A stretch of DNA of 64,000 nucleotides from Felis catus (Eukaryota): positions 213,716,001-213,780,000 of the forward strand of contig NC_058368.1 in assembly GCF_018350175.1 (NCBI RefSeq), given 5' to 3'. Numbering within the stretch: position 1 is the first letter of the stretch; every line of letters begins with the position of its first letter. A model generated the notes under the pieces. That model saw nothing but the letters and a program-made list of their open reading frames with translations, did not search any database and was not told where the DNA came from. Of this stretch, positions 36,579 to 49,744 are shown in pieces. A program made the position numbers and the translations under genes.

Positions 36579-37441
36579 TATAGTAGCTTACCCCTAAAGA
36601 TGGCCACCTTTATTTATTTATTTTTATTTATTTATTTTTAATGTTTATTTATTTTTGAGACAGAGAGAGACAGAGCATGAATGGGGGAGAGGCAGAGAGA
36701 GAGGGAGACACAGAATCGGAAGTGGCTCCAGGCTCTGAGCCATCAGCCCAGAGCCTGACACGGGGCTTGAACTCACGAACCGTGAGATCGTGACCTGAGC
36801 TGAAGTCGGACGCTCAACCGACTGAGCCACCCAGGCACCCCGAGATGGCCACCTTTAATTCCTTCCTTTCCTGTGCACATTCCACTTCCCCATTGAGAGG
36901 TAAAGTTTAATCCCCAATCCCTTTGAACCTAACTTGCTTCGTGACTGCTCAGTCGATGGAATATGGCAGAAATGACACAGTGCCAGTTCGGATCCCAGAC
37001 TTTAAGAAGATTAGCAGTTTCTACTTCCTCTCTCTTGGGAGCCTCTAGCCATCATGTAGGAAATCTGGTGACCCTGCTAAAGAGACCACATAGAGAACAG
37101 ACAGAGAGGGAGAAGCTCTGGGACTATAAGACAGAGAGAGAGGGAGAGAGAGAGAGAGAGAGGTCCAGCCATCCCAGTCCCCCAACTGAACCCAGCCATC
37201 CAGCTCTTCACTGCCAAGGTCTCTGACAAGAGGATAAAGATTTCCTGGACTCTCTTGACCAGCCCAGCCATGAACTGAATCCCACTGAGAGATCCATGTC
37301 AATGCCACATGGAGCAGAAAATTGCCCAGCCAAATTCTGCCCACATTCCTGGTCCAAGAATCATAAACAATAAAGTGATTATTCTCTTAAGCCGCTAAAT
37401 GAGGAGTGGATTGTACTGCATCAATAGATATCCAGGATTAT
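36579..37441 (+). mobile_element. MaLR solo LTR (MLT1G/H-like), interrupted by a SINE
   Basis: aaagatggccacc...gtgactgctc...atggcagaaatgaca...ccacatggagcagaaaattgcccagcc...aataaa...atagata. Confidence 0.75.
36613..36841 (-). mobile_element. Young feliform CanSINE inside the MLT
   Basis: 15-bp TSD agatggccaccttta (36598, 36843). Confidence 0.97.
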
Positions 37442-37934
37442 CTGTGCATGAGCCCCACTCCACAGGCAACTGTAAGTACTTCTCAGGGCTCTGGGTTCTG
37501 AGCTAATCCCTGCAAGTCCCCTGGGTCTTACCGTGTCCAAGGCAGAGTCAGGGACTTGGATTCTGGATCAAGATGCCACACTTCTGATCACCCACAGCCT
37601 TGGCCTCAGCTCACTTTTCTCCTTTAAGTTACTATATATAATTTCTGGAGAACCCAAGTTAATCACTGACTTCAAGACTCAAAGGTCCAAAGTGTTGTCT
37701 AATTGTTATTCTGTTTTTAAAGGATACAAAGGGCAAACTTCTCTTCCTTCTGAGGCTAGTGCCTTTGAGAGTTGCAACCAGTGCTTGGCTTAGGACTCGA
37801 CAGCATGTTGGTTCAGAAACTCCAAAGAAAGTCTGAGAGTTGGCGTGTTGATAATCCTCACCTGCTCCAGCCACAGGGTAATCACGAATCAGTCTACTGA
37901 ACAGATCCAGGACTCCTGAAGCTCAATGTAGCCC

Positions 37935-38085
37935 AAAAGCTCACAGGGTCTGGCCAGCCCATTTGACAGATAAGAACACGGAGATTTGTAGATAAGGTAT
38001 GGTGTGTTCAGGGTCATAGATGAAGTTAGCACAGCCAGCAGCCAGACACCAGTCCCCTGAATCACAGTCTAGGAGTCCAGTACTG
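37935..38085 (-). mobile_element. MIR
   Basis: cccatttgacagataagaacacggag. Confidence 0.65.
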
Positions 38086-38469
38086 ACTGTCTCCCTGTAC
38101 TGATGGCACTGGGGAAGAGGCCAAAACCCCCAGGGAAACACTTCCCCTGCACACCCTCTGGTTTGTGTGTGGCCTCTGCACCATTCTTTGAACCATTCTT
38201 GGCTTAAGGCACACATACAAGCCAAGTACAGGCTTGCTCCCACTTTGGGTCTCTCTCCAAAAACCCAAGGAAAACTGCACCATAGGCAAGAGCAAAAAGA
38301 CCCTCTATTTTTAACTCTCTTCCCGTCCCCTAACACACGTATACAGTACCTCTGGCTATAGGGCATTTTCTGGTTTAATATTGTGCATGTGCATCCTCAG
38401 CCCTTTACGTTGGATTGTATATTTTGGTGCAAAGCCACAAGGGTTAAACCTGGATGGTTCCTGTTTTCT

Positions 38470-38510
38470 CGTTTTGTTTTGTTTTGTTTGTTTGTTTGTT
38501 TGTTTGTTTT
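38470..38510. repeat. (GTTTT)/(GTTT)n microsatellite
   Basis: Seen directly. Confidence 0.93.
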
Positions 38511-38769
38511 TAGATGATTCCTGTCTGAACAAAAAAGGCAAATCCAGATCCCTCTGTTGATACCATGTACCCATATCCATCTACCAATGAACATTCTGCA
38601 TGGATCCTGGTGCCTGCAGATACCCTTTGCTGCTCTAACCCTAGCTTGAATACTCAGGCTTGGTGGCATCCCACAGCGATTCAGTAAGGCAGAAGAGCTC
38701 CTCAAACAATACTTATTTTCACAAGGCATTGTTGGAAATTGTTGCAACATGCACTTTTGATTACCAACA

Positions 38770-39030
38770 ATAATGCCCTATGTGCCACTCTTCTAGGTGG
38801 TTTGCAAATGGGTTATCTCTCTTAATCCCCACAACATCTCTCTTAATCCCCACATCTGATGAGGTAGGATAGAGGTAGGCTCTACTATCTCTATTCTTTA
38901 TAGATGAGGAGGCTGGGGCTCAAAGAAGTTTAGAAACAAGCTCAAGGTGACCAGAAAGTAAGCAGGACTGTAATTTGGACAGAAGTCCAGCCAAATCCAA
39001 ATCCATGTCCTGAGCCACCATACTGCATTG
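38770..39030 (-). mobile_element. MIR
   Basis: ttaatccccacaac...ttatagatgaggaggctggggctcaaaga. Confidence 0.8.
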
Positions 39031-39879
39031 CTTTATAGAAAATTATCTCCACATAGTTCATTAGTGTAATTCATGTCAAACACATAAAACCATAACCTAT
39101 ATAACAATCAGAGTGATACAGAGATCATAGAAACACAGTCCAGCAAACAAAGAGAAGTTCAAATGGTTTATGTTCTTTTTTTAAATTGAGATTTCATTGA
39201 TACATAACATTATATTAATTTTAACATAATGATTTATATTTGTATATATATATAGAAATATTGTTCATGCTCTTTACATGCATTTTTTAAACATCATGGA
39301 GGAATTTCGTAGATCATACATATGTTTCCCCAAATCTTCCTCTTATCTTTAAACCATTCCTTTCACAAACCAAACCTACTGCACTTCTCTCTTCAAGATC
39401 TGACTCAAGTCTCCTTCCCCAGATAGAAACCAAACTCAAGGACAGCTATTTCCTTGTGTACACTACCCTCTCCCAAAGCAATTCATTTTCAGCCAGTTTT
39501 TAAGAAAATGTTTTGATGTGCCTTTATGACTTTGGAAAAGATATAGGAGCAGCTTGGTGGAAAGCGAGGTCACAGAGGCAGGAAGGGGGGTGCTTTTTCT
39601 AAACATGTTTCCCACTCATGCAAGGTATGCTTCCCTGACCCAGGCTGGCATCACCTGAAAGGAAAAACCTGTTGATGACTAACTAGTCTGGCCTTAACTC
39701 TTACAATGACCTAAAAGAACTATTTAGTCAAAGTAGGGCCCTCCTCTGAGGGTGGGCCAGGGGTAGTAATCCCCTGGGCTGAAACTCTCCTGGGCAGAGA
39801 GGACAAATGGGAGAAAGGTTGGGGACATACTCCACTAATAATTTCTGTTCTGTCATACTTACATTCTGGGCTTGTGTAG

Positions 39880-40141
39880 TTTATTTTATTATTTTATTTT
39901 ATATTATTTTATATTATTTTATTTTATTTTATTTTTTTAACGTTTATTTATCTTTGAGACAGAGAGAGACAGAGCATAAACGGGGGAGGGGCAGAGAGAG
40001 AGGGAGACACAGAACCTGAAACAGGCTCCAGGCTCTGAGCCATCAGCCCAGAGCCCGATGTGGGGCTCGAACCCATGGACCGCGAGAAGGTGACCTGAGT
40101 TGAAGTCAGACGCTTAACCGACTGAGCCACCCAGGTGCCCC
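39880..40141 (-). mobile_element. Young feliform CanSINE with (TTTTA)n tail
   Basis: TSD gggcttgtgta(g/t)tttatt at 39868 and 40142. Confidence 0.97.
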
Positions 40142-40267
40142 GGGCTTGTGTATTTTATTGATTGAGTGATAGATTTTCCAAATACAGACTCTATAGTGAG
40201 AATCCTGGAAAAAGCTCTGGAGTATATTTGTACACTGGCTTCCTCAAGAGGAACAACAAAAACATCT

Positions 40268-40303
40268 CGGGGTGGGGGTGGGGGTGGGGGTGGGGGTGGG
40301 GGG
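40268..40303 (+). repeat. (GGGGGT)n G-quadruplex-forming repeat
   Basis: Six G4-G5 runs separated by single T. Confidence 0.9.
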
Positions 40304-40434
40304 AGAACGGCCATACATTTAATAGCAGCACAAGCTAAGAAATGGTTTTCCACTGAAAGACACCTCTCTACTAGCTAAATACTTTCTTTAAAATCATTGA
40401 ATGCTTTCTTTAGAAGCAAAAGAGTTGGTACAGT

Positions 40435-40650
40435 ACGTGAAAGTTGTGAAGAGAGTAAATCCTAAGAGTTTTCATTATGAGAAAAAAATTTGTTTCTTTT
40501 TTTCTTAATCTACATGAGATGAGGGATGTAAACTAAACTTTACTGGAGTAATCATTTCACAATATATGTAAATCAAATCATTATGCCACACATCTTAAAC
40601 TTACACAGGGCTGTACATCAATCATATCTTCAATTACAAAAAGAAAAAAA
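40435..40650 (+). mobile_element. L1 3'UTR end fragment (L1MA9-like)
   Basis: tgaaagttgtgaagagagtaaatcctaagagttttcat...aaatcattatgccacacatcttaaac. Confidence 0.85.
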
Positions 40651-41763
40651 AGGGAGAAGAAAGCAAAAGAGTTAATGAAAATTTTCTCTAAGTCCTATGA
40701 CTGCCTGAAAGCCCAGGATTTTAGAAGACAGAATTGAATGAGTACAGTTATTCCTATGGCTTCTTGGAAAACATCATGAAATCCCTATTATCATAGTCAT
40801 ATATCATAGTCATATATAAAAATAATTGGTGAAAATTAACAAGGCCATCAGGCCCACGTTTAAAAAATGAAGGTTGGAAGGAGAAGATCCAAGCTGAGTG
40901 CTTCTCTTAATATCTTATCAAAGCATGAGGTTAGGCCTGAGCTGTAGGTAACCCCAAATGACCTTGATCTGATGCCAGGGTGAAAGCCCAGACTCAGGCC
41001 CACCATGTTGCACCATTCTAGAGGTTTGATTTTTGCTTCTCTGAGTTGACCAGTGCACACCCTGTCCATGGCAGCCCTACTTTACAGATAATGGTTTTCA
41101 GAGACAGCATTTCCTCCTATGACAAAACAGAAGCACCACTTTTGCCTTAAAAATAGATTTAGGGGCTACAGAAGTTAGTTGAGAAAGAATAAACACAATC
41201 CAAGCCCAGAACAGCCAAAGAAAAACACATGTCCAGGCTCCTGCCACGTGGCCCCTTCCCAGTTTCCCATGGGTCATTTATGGTCGGGACCAAATGCTGT
41301 AAGTAAGGGGTATGCAGTGACTGGTGTTGTCCCCCTACCGGCTACCCATGATGTGCAATTTTCATTTATAATTGTGGATGAGTTATATCTGTGCTCAGAG
41401 AGGGGCAGGGAGGGGCTATGGGGGCCAAGGGACTTAGATAAATAGGTTGCAAAAGATGTAGTGAAAAACGCCAGACCAAAATTGAAGAGACTGAATTCGG
41501 CCAGTTCAAACTGAACATGCCCTTCCCGCCACCCGCAGCCCGGTATCATTTCATCCTTCTGAGAATGAGGGCTGCTGAGAGCTACTGTTACCACCATGAT
41601 GGGGGTGAGACAGCTTTCAGATATTTGGGAACAGATTGATGATGCTTCAGTTCTCTTCTAAAAATGAAAAACTTGGTGATGTTGTAGGCTTCTGGGACCT
41701 AACGTGAACTTTCGCAGTGTTCACCTTTTCCAGATTGGTGCGACTCTACCTTTCTACAGAGGG

Positions 41764-42139
41764 TATGTCAGTCTGCTGGGGCTGCCATAACAGAATATCA
41801 GACTGGGTGGCTTGAACAACAGAAATTTGTTTTCTTACAGTTCTGGAAGATGGAAGTCCACGATCAAAGAAGACACCTGGCTTGTATACACCTGCCTTCT
41901 CAACCATAAGCTCACATGGCTCTTCCTCTGTGTACTATCAGGGGGAAGAGAGAGCTCCCTGGTGTCTCTCCTCTTTTTTAAGGACACTAGTCCTTATCAG
42001 ATTAAGGTTCAACCCATATTACCTCATTTAATCTTGATTACCTCCTCAAAGACCCTATTTCCAAATGCAGTCACACTAGGGGATGAGGGCTTCAACATAT
42101 GAATTTGGGGTGTGTGGGTACACAATTCAGTCCATAACA
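41764..42139 (-). mobile_element. MaLR solo LTR (MLT1A/B-like)
   Basis: gctgccataacagaatatcagactgggtggcttgaacaacag...cacaattcagtccataaca; 5-bp TSD gaggg at 41759-41763 and 42140-42144. Confidence 0.9.
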
Positions 42140-42180
42140 GAGGGTTTCTGACTAGAAGGAAATGATGGGATTATTTTGCA

Positions 42181-42189
42181 TTTATTTAC

Positions 42190-42236
<47 letters not shown>

Positions 42237-42336
42237 TAATATTTTTAAGTAATCTCTACACCCAACATCGGGCTTGAAGTCACAACCCTGAGATCCAGAG
42301 CTACATGCTCCACTGACTGAGCCAGCCACACACCCC
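42181..42336 (-). mobile_element. Short CanSINE (SINEC_old-like) with (TTTA)n tail
   Basis: TSD gattattttgc (42169, 42339). Confidence 0.9.
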
Positions 42337-42719
42337 GAGATTATTTTGCTCTTAAATAAATCTGCCTTCTGCCCAGGTTCTCTCTTACAGCTTCCTACTA
42401 TGCCCTTTGCCCGAGTTAGGCTCCTCTTCACGCACCCCATGTCTCCCTGACAACACGCTTCTCTGCTGCTCTCACTCGCCACTCCTTCGAACTGCCGCCC
42501 TTGGCAGTCCTCCTCCTTGAAATAGATCCCCCACTTTTCTCAGACATAATCGTGTCAAATCCTGTCCCCACTGCCTCCAAAACCTGTTACTTATTTATAA
42601 ATTGAGGTTATTTCTGAAGATGTTACCCTATGTGCTTCGTCTACAAAAACCTCAGAGTCAAACTGCATCTGACAAGTGAGTAATACATACAGGACCATAG
42701 AGCAAACATCTTGGTCAAT

Positions 42720-42840
42720 GCTTTCATTCATTCATTCATTCAACAAATATTTATTGAACACTACTACATGCAGTCACTAATCCAGGTGTGAACAAAACAG
42801 GCAAAGAATCCTTCCTTCATAGAGCTTACATTCTTCCTGT
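42720..42840 (-). mobile_element. L2 3' end
   Basis: (ttca)n caacaaatatttattgaacactact. Confidence 0.8.
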
Positions 42841-43350
42841 CCATATTTTCCTTTTACCCTGATTTCATTTGTTTTTGAAATATGTATTATCCTGTCTATT
42901 TCAATCATATTGTATCTGTCAATATCTCCGATCTTATTATATTGTATAAATCTGTAACCTTATTATATGGTAGCATTTTTTCCCAAGGGTCCAATGACTT
43001 TTAACAATAAATAAGTAGGGCCATTGTAAGGAATAAATTAGATGATATATACAACATCCCAGGCACATTGTAAGCACAATTGTGAGGTTCATTTCAAGGC
43101 ACCTTTCTATCTTTTAAAATCCCAGATATTCTCTTAAAATCCCCTCTCTCCAGAAAATGCAAGGATTTTCTCCTCTTTTACTGTCTTTCTTTAGTACATA
43201 GTCACCCATTGTGTAGTTTGACCCATTGTTATAGTCCCTAATTCTTTCATGTGTATAAACCAGGCTTCCCTTGGAATAGATTGTATATTCTTTAATGTAT
43301 ATTCTTAACCCACACAACACAATCTAAGTTTACATAAGAGATGAAGTAGT

Positions 43351-43511
43351 GAGATGCCTGGTTGGCTCAGTCAGTTAAGCGTCCAATTCTTGATTTCTGC
43401 TCAGGTCATGATCTCACGGTTTGTGGGTTTTAGTCCCGAGTTGGCACAGAGCTTGCTTGGGGTTCTCTCTCTCTCCCTTCTCTAACCCTCCCGCCCACCC
43501 CCCCCCGCCAC

Positions 43512-43546
<35 letters not shown>

Positions 43547-43605
43547 CGTGTATGTGTGTGCACTCTCTCTCTCTCAAAATAAATAAACTTAGAAGAAAGA
43601 GAGAA
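43351..43605 (+). mobile_element. CanSINE with internal (TG)n
   Basis: TSD agatgaagtagtg on both sides. Confidence 0.94.
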
Positions 43606-43839
43606 AGATGAAGTAGTGTGTGAACACTCTCATTCCCATCCTCACTCTTTATTTTATTTTTTAAATCTGGCCTTCTTTACAAAACAATACATGGCTCCTT
43701 AATTAGGGTGAAGGCCCTTCGTCTGCATTTAAAAGATAATTTGATTTGTGTAGCTAGAACACATCCATCTTTAACATGGGGGAAAAAGCAAAGACACCTC
43801 AAACAAAAGAAACGTTTCATATAATTAAGAGTAAAGACC

Positions 43840-44460
43840 AAGAATATTACAGTGTTTTCTATAATAGGAAAAGTCTGCAGTCAAAATATTGAGAAAAAGA
43901 GCACTGGTTAAATCAATTGTGGTGCATCCATTGGATGGAGTATTATGCATTCATTAAAAAACGTTTGAAGGCGCTTTAATGAAATGGGAAGAAGTATACA
44001 ATGTGCTATTAAGTGAGGTGGAATAGCATTCAAAACTGCAGAGTATGAGCTCAATTTTGTAAGTACTTCATTTACAATATCCACAAACACAGAAAAAAGG
44101 ATGGACCAGCGATATCTTAGAAATGGAAAGTATCGGGTGCCTGGATGGCTCAGTTGTTAAGCATCCAACTTCAGCTCAGGTCATGATCTCACAGTTCGTG
44201 AGTTCGAGCCCCACATCAGGTGAGCTCAAGCCCCACTCCGGGTAAGCACGAGCCCCGATTCAGGGAAAACACGAGCCCCCTGTGAGCTGCACTTCTCTCT
44301 CTCTCTCTCACTGTTCTAGTTCACTTGCTCCTTCTCTCTCTCCCTCAGAAAAAAAAAAAAATAGAAAGAAATGAAAGGTATGTGTGGGTGGCGAAATTAT
44401 TAATGAAAATTTACTTCATTTCCATACAGCTATTACTTTTACAATTGTTAAAAAGAACAC
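43840..44460 (+). mobile_element. Ancient L1ME-like 3' fragment split by a SINE
   Basis: ggttaaatcaattgtggtgcatccattggatggagtattatgca. Confidence 0.6.
44135..44361 (+). mobile_element. Variant feliform CanSINE with four ~22-nt B-box-like units
   Basis: Units at 44200, 44222, 44244 and 44266; degenerate TSD agaaatg.aa.gtat. Confidence 0.9.
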
Positions 44461-45477
44461 ACATGGTATTGAAATCTAAAGTTAAAGAAGGATTTCAAGG
44501 CATCCCTTCAGGGGCGGGTGCTGCATTGGGGAATGTGAGGATTGCCAGTTGTCCTGCGCATGGGGTCAGGACTTAGCTCCTGGTCCTAGCATTCAGAAAG
44601 TATAGCTTTAAGTAATAAGGTTGCATTTCTTTTAAAATACCATGTCATTAAGGCTTTCCATGAAATCCAATGGATGCTTTTCACAAATAAGACAAAAGCT
44701 TCTCTAGAAATAAACATGAGTACTTTGCCCTTCATTCAGAAAGAATGAAGCCCTTTGCTATCCCATGTATTGGGTTGGTGGGGAGAGTGGGGCTGAGAAG
44801 ACCAGCTGGTGGCCAATGGTCATTTCCAAAAGAGAACAGGGAGGGCCACTCATCTGAAATAAATCCAATGTGAGGGCATAGGCCATTCTCCCTCAGTCCC
44901 TCCCCCCGCCCCAGGGCATGGGTCATTCTCCCTCAGTCCCTCCCCCCTGCCCTAGCAGACGGAGAAGAGAATTCATAGCTAGTGCTCATTCCTCCAGCCA
45001 ATATCTCTGCTGGTATTTTTAACAAGGCATAAAACTTGCAATTCTATTAAAAACACATGTCTCTTGTTTCAAAGCATGGTTAGCAACAGCCACTGATATT
45101 CAGTAAACATGCCATCAACCCGCAGAATACACTCATTGAACTCCAAGTCTCAAATTCTGAGTATTATATTTTTACAAAGAAACATAGGATCTTCTGGCTG
45201 GAATAAATTTTGAGATAATCTCTTGGGCCTTCTCTCTGACTTTTGAAAAGCCTGAAAACAATAACTGTCCCATTTTTACCACTTCTCAAAGACAGAAGAT
45301 CAGTGGGGCAGAATTTTTAAAAATGGGCAATGGGGAGAAAAGAGAAGACTAATTAATGAACTACAGAGTGGGCAATGTGGAATCCGAGAGTTGGGAGGTT
45401 GTCAGTCCTTATGTCTCTATCATCAGCCAACACGTGCCAACGAGAAGTCCCTACTTGAGTAAGGGTTTTGCTTAGAC

Positions 45478-45858
45478 GCTGCATGGACTAGAAGTTTGTG
45501 TCCCCTCAAAATTCATGTGTTGAAGCCTTAACCCCCAGTGTGATGGCATTTGCAGGCAGGGCCTTTGAGAGGTAATTATGGTTAGATGAAGTCACCAGCG
45601 GTAAGGCCTCATGATGTAATTAACTCCCTTATAAAAAGAGGAAGAGACTCAGGTCTCTCTCTTCTTCCCCTCATGCAACACATGAGGACATAAGGAGAAG
45701 CCAGCCATCTGCAAACTAGGAAGAGAGCCCTTTCCAGACATTGAATCTGCCGGTATCTGATCTTAGACTTTCCGGCATCCAGAACTGTAAGAAAAAAATG
45801 TTGTGTAAGCCTCCCAGTCTCTGGTATTTTGCTATGGCAGCCTGAGCCGACTAAGACA
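45478..45858 (+). mobile_element. MaLR solo LTR (MLT1A0-like)
   Basis: catggact...tttgtgtcccctcaaaattcatgtgttgaagcc...gcagcctgagccgactaagaca. Confidence 0.9.
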
Positions 45859-45904
45859 TCATTCAAATAGGGAAGATTTGCATTTGCTAAACTCTAAGGG
45901 GACA

Positions 45905-46100
45905 TTCACTGCTAAAGAATTTGGGCTCTGCCATTAGACAAAAGGCTTTAAATCCACTTCCCCACTCAACAGCTATGGTAGCTTAACCTGGCTAAGACTT
46001 TGGTACAACAGGGGTAACAGGATGCCTCCTTCATAGGATTGCTTGATGATTAATACGAGACAAAAAAGGTCACTAACAGAGGGCATGGCATGCCCTACTC
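45905..46100 (+). mobile_element. MIR
   Basis: taagaatttgggctctgccattagac...cctccttcataggattg. Confidence 0.6.
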
Positions 46101-46993
46101 TGTAATTCCTCTCCCCCTCTACCCACGGTAATGCTTCAATAATGCTCACGAGAAAGTCAATGTGAAGAACATATAAGCCAAAGTTGGGTGAGGAGAGACA
46201 GATACTCAGCCAGCAAATAATTGAGAATTGACTGTATGTCTGTGAGCTGGAGTTTCTGTAGAACACTGGCCATATGGCCGCTTCGAAGCCAGTTCCATAT
46301 ACACAAATTACCAAGCATTTAAATGCTTCCCCTCAAATCCTGATGCTTGGGGCAGAGGGGATAGATGGGAGGGAACCTCCAGATCAGATATTTTAGACTC
46401 CAGGAAAGGCAACAGAAAGCTTTATTTATCTGGGCTCCCCAGCTTGCTAATTAACTTACGGACTGGAAACTATTCTCGTGTGTCAGCGCCTGCACATCTT
46501 CTCATTATTAGAAAAACATCTGCTCATTATCCCCATGGTTTCCAAATGTGAGAGAGGACCAGAGTTATGTTCCCAGATGCAAATGTATGACATCAAAGCT
46601 GCCTCAGGCACTGGTGGTCCTCACAGAGTTAGGGCTTCAGGGAGATTAGAACAGGTATTGGTTTTTCTAAATAAAATAGGAAGGAAGCTTTCATCTTGGA
46701 TGCTTCAGAAGGGATTGTGAGCGGAAAGACACCTGTGTATATACTAGGGGTCTGCTGTTTAATTGGTCAAGAAAAAACATTTATCCTCACTCTACCCCTT
46801 TTCTATATATAACTCAGGCTTTGGTCGCTGGACAAATATTTACAGGGGATCTACTGTGCACTAGGTACTGGTTCTGTACAACTGCAGCCTTGTGGACCCC
46901 CCACCCCCGGAACCCCCCCCACCCCCGGGAGATGGGAGCATGCCTAGCTCCTAACACTGCAGGAAGATTCCTGTCCTCTTCCCCACCGAACCA

Positions 46994-47098
46994 AAGGTGA
47001 CCAACCCTCTTGGCCTATCCAGCTCTAAAAGGTTTCCTGGGACCTTCAGTGTTGGGATGTAGGACAGTCCCAGCAAAATAGGATGAGTTGGTCACCTT
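46994..47098. mobile_element. MER94-like hAT MITE
   Basis: Perfect 12-bp terminal inverted repeats aaggtgaccaac / gttggtcacctt. Confidence 0.8.
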
Positions 47099-47194
47099 GC
47101 TCATGCACCCTCTTCTTTCCCTTCTCCCCCCTTGGCAAGACAAATGGCTTCACCCTTCCCTCTCTGGGAGACTAACATATCACAGCTTGAAAAT

Positions 47195-47350
47195 TGGGTG
47201 GGGGTCTCAGTTTCCTCTCTATAAAGTGGGAAGAATATAAAACTCCCTTTCTCAGGGATGTTGGGGATATTATCAGGGCCTTACACAGAATGCAGCACCC
47301 TGACTTAGATAAAGTGCATGGAGGGGTGAGGTAGGCACAACCTAAATAAA
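47195..47350 (+). mobile_element. MIR
   Basis: tctcagtttcctctctataaagtggg. Confidence 0.75.
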
Positions 47351-47699
47351 AAGACTGACAGCAGGGGTTGGGGCTTGGGGTGGGGGTAAAAAAGAGCAGG
47401 AATGTAGGAAAGGAACAGAAGAGGGGGATCAAAGTATGGTCCTCAAATCCTTCATTTCCGACCACTGGAAACCATCTGTTTAACTCATGGGCATCTCAAG
47501 CTCAATCTCCTCTGAGTGTCTACCAGCCCTTTCTTTTCCAAAGTTGGCCCCCTATCTATTGCTGTTCCCTCCTGTCTCCTGAAAGCCCCACCATCCACAC
47601 TGGCCCAAGTCTGAATTAGGCCTTATCTTTGTTTTCCCCTCTCCTTCTTGCCCTGGACCTCACTTATCACCTCCCTGTAGGGAGTCTTTCTCCCAGTCT

Positions 47700-48340
47700 T
47701 TTTCACACCTTGTCCTCCCCAACCCAATCCACTACTCCTGCCTGCTGTCATCTGGGCCAAATAACTTCCTGCTGCAACAGACCCTTGTCTCCAGTTTGTA
47801 CCCCTCCAACCAGACTCCACTCAGAAGCCAGAGTGTGGTCTTTCTAAAGCATGGAGCTGATCCTCGAAACCTTTCCATAAATGCCCAATATGGGGAGATT
47901 ACACTCAGAATAGTTAGTGCATCATCCGCCCTGCTTTCTAATCTGGAATTTCTGAGCCCTCCAGATGATATCCTTCACCCCTCGCTCTGCACCCTCATGA
48001 ACCACATGTAGCTTCCTGGACATTTCATGCTCTTTCACACCTCAATGCCTTTAAAATTCAGCTCAAAAATAGCTTCCTCTGGAAAGGCATCCCTAGCCAC
48101 CACTCCCACCTTCTTAAGATGACTATGGATTTAGATGCTTCTCTGTCCTACCCCAGCCCTCTCTACCATTGCTCCTACCACCATGAAAGGTACAGGATAT
48201 TCCCTTGTCTTTCTTCCCTACCAGAATTTAAACCCACTGAAAGCAGGGACTTCATATTAGTTTACTTCCCGTATCTAATGGCAGCTCGGTGCTTGGAGCA
48301 CACTAGGCATTTACAATAGCCATTGAATGAATAAATGAAA
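47700..48340 (+). mobile_element. L2 3' region
   Basis: ccagactccactcagaagccagagtg...aaagcagggac...ttgaatgaataaatga end. Confidence 0.7.
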
Positions 48341-48499
48341 ACCAACAGCCTCATCCATATAACACAATAACCAATGCCCAAAGTGGGTTGACATTCAGGA
48401 GTCAGATCTTCTCCACTGAGAAAACAGAAAATACTCCAAGAGAAGATAAATCCCCCTCTTACCATCCCAGCCCTGGCACAAACCACAGTGAGAAGGAAG

Positions 48500-48720
48500 A
48501 ATGGGAAAGCAAGCAGCTTGAGCTTTGGAGGAGATGACCCAGGACTGCCATCTGTCTCTGCACGTGGTCACAGTGTGGCCTTGGGCCACCTGCTTAACCT
48601 CCTGAGTGTTGCGTTCCTACTTCATCATACAGGGATCGTAATAACCCACATCACCGCGTTATTATGAGGAGTAAATGAAATTATGCATGTAAAACTGTTA
48701 GTACTTGGCAGGCATTTAGA
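48500..48720 (+). mobile_element. MIR
   Basis: gtggccttgggcc...cttaacctcctgag...ttattatgaggagtaaatgaaattatgcatgtaaa. Confidence 0.75.
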
Positions 48721-49744
48721 GTTGGTCCTACCCAGCCTCCTTCCTTTCAATGTCACCAAAGCAGAGTCAGAGCCTAATAAAATCTGTCTTCCCAACACAC
48801 ACAGGCAGCTCCTGCTGGTGAGACTCGATCTAAAGAAACAGGCAGGGAGGCAAAGATTTGCTTCCTAGACAATAAACCTGGAGGAATTAGCTATGACCCA
48901 AGCACCCCAACTGGGTTCAAAGGTCTTTGGACTCCTTAACTCATAACAACAGGAATCTCAGGACTCCCCACACCCGAGAGGCAGCTCGCAGGGGCTTCAT
49001 GCCAACGTCTCCCTCCTCCTGCCACACACGTTCAGTGCTAGAGGACTAGATCAGGAAATGGAACAGACAGTGGGCTGTTCCCCATCTTCTCTACTTCCAA
49101 AATCATTTTCTACAAAGAGAAACAAGTCTCAAAGAGAACACGAGGAAATGTTAACAGCGGTCATCTCTGGGACAAGATTCTAGGTGTGTTGTTTTTTTTT
49201 TTTTCAGTATTCTTAATCTTCTTTTTATTCTCTATACACTCTATAGTAAATTGCTTCTATTGTCTGAAAATATTTACAATGACGGTGTTATCCTTAGTAA
49301 AGGACCAGTGTTCCTGAGTTCACCAGGCCGGTTGTGCCCCTATAAGCACAATCAAGTAACATTCAGTTTTGTTCTGGAATCTCTGACAGAGGAGGTTCAG
49401 AACTCTGTGGCCTGGGGTCCAAGGATGCCTTGATGATCCTGGAACCTTCTGACTATCAAGCAGAATCACTACGGCCTTTAAGAGGTGAGCTGACGACCTC
49501 CCCCAACATAAGATGCAGGCTTATTCAGGATGCCCACAGTTGTCTCTATGGTCAGTGCTCATGGGTAAGAGAAACCCAGAGCTGGGGAAAAGAGTGGTGG
49601 AGGCTAAGATACTTCTTAGGATAGGTTTCTGGGGAAATTTACCCCTTTTTGAAAGAAAAAAATGAGAGAACCATTGGAACTTGCCAAAGCTGCTCAAGTT
49701 TCTTGTAAAGGGTCTTTCTGGCTTAGTTAGGAAAAGATATGGGC

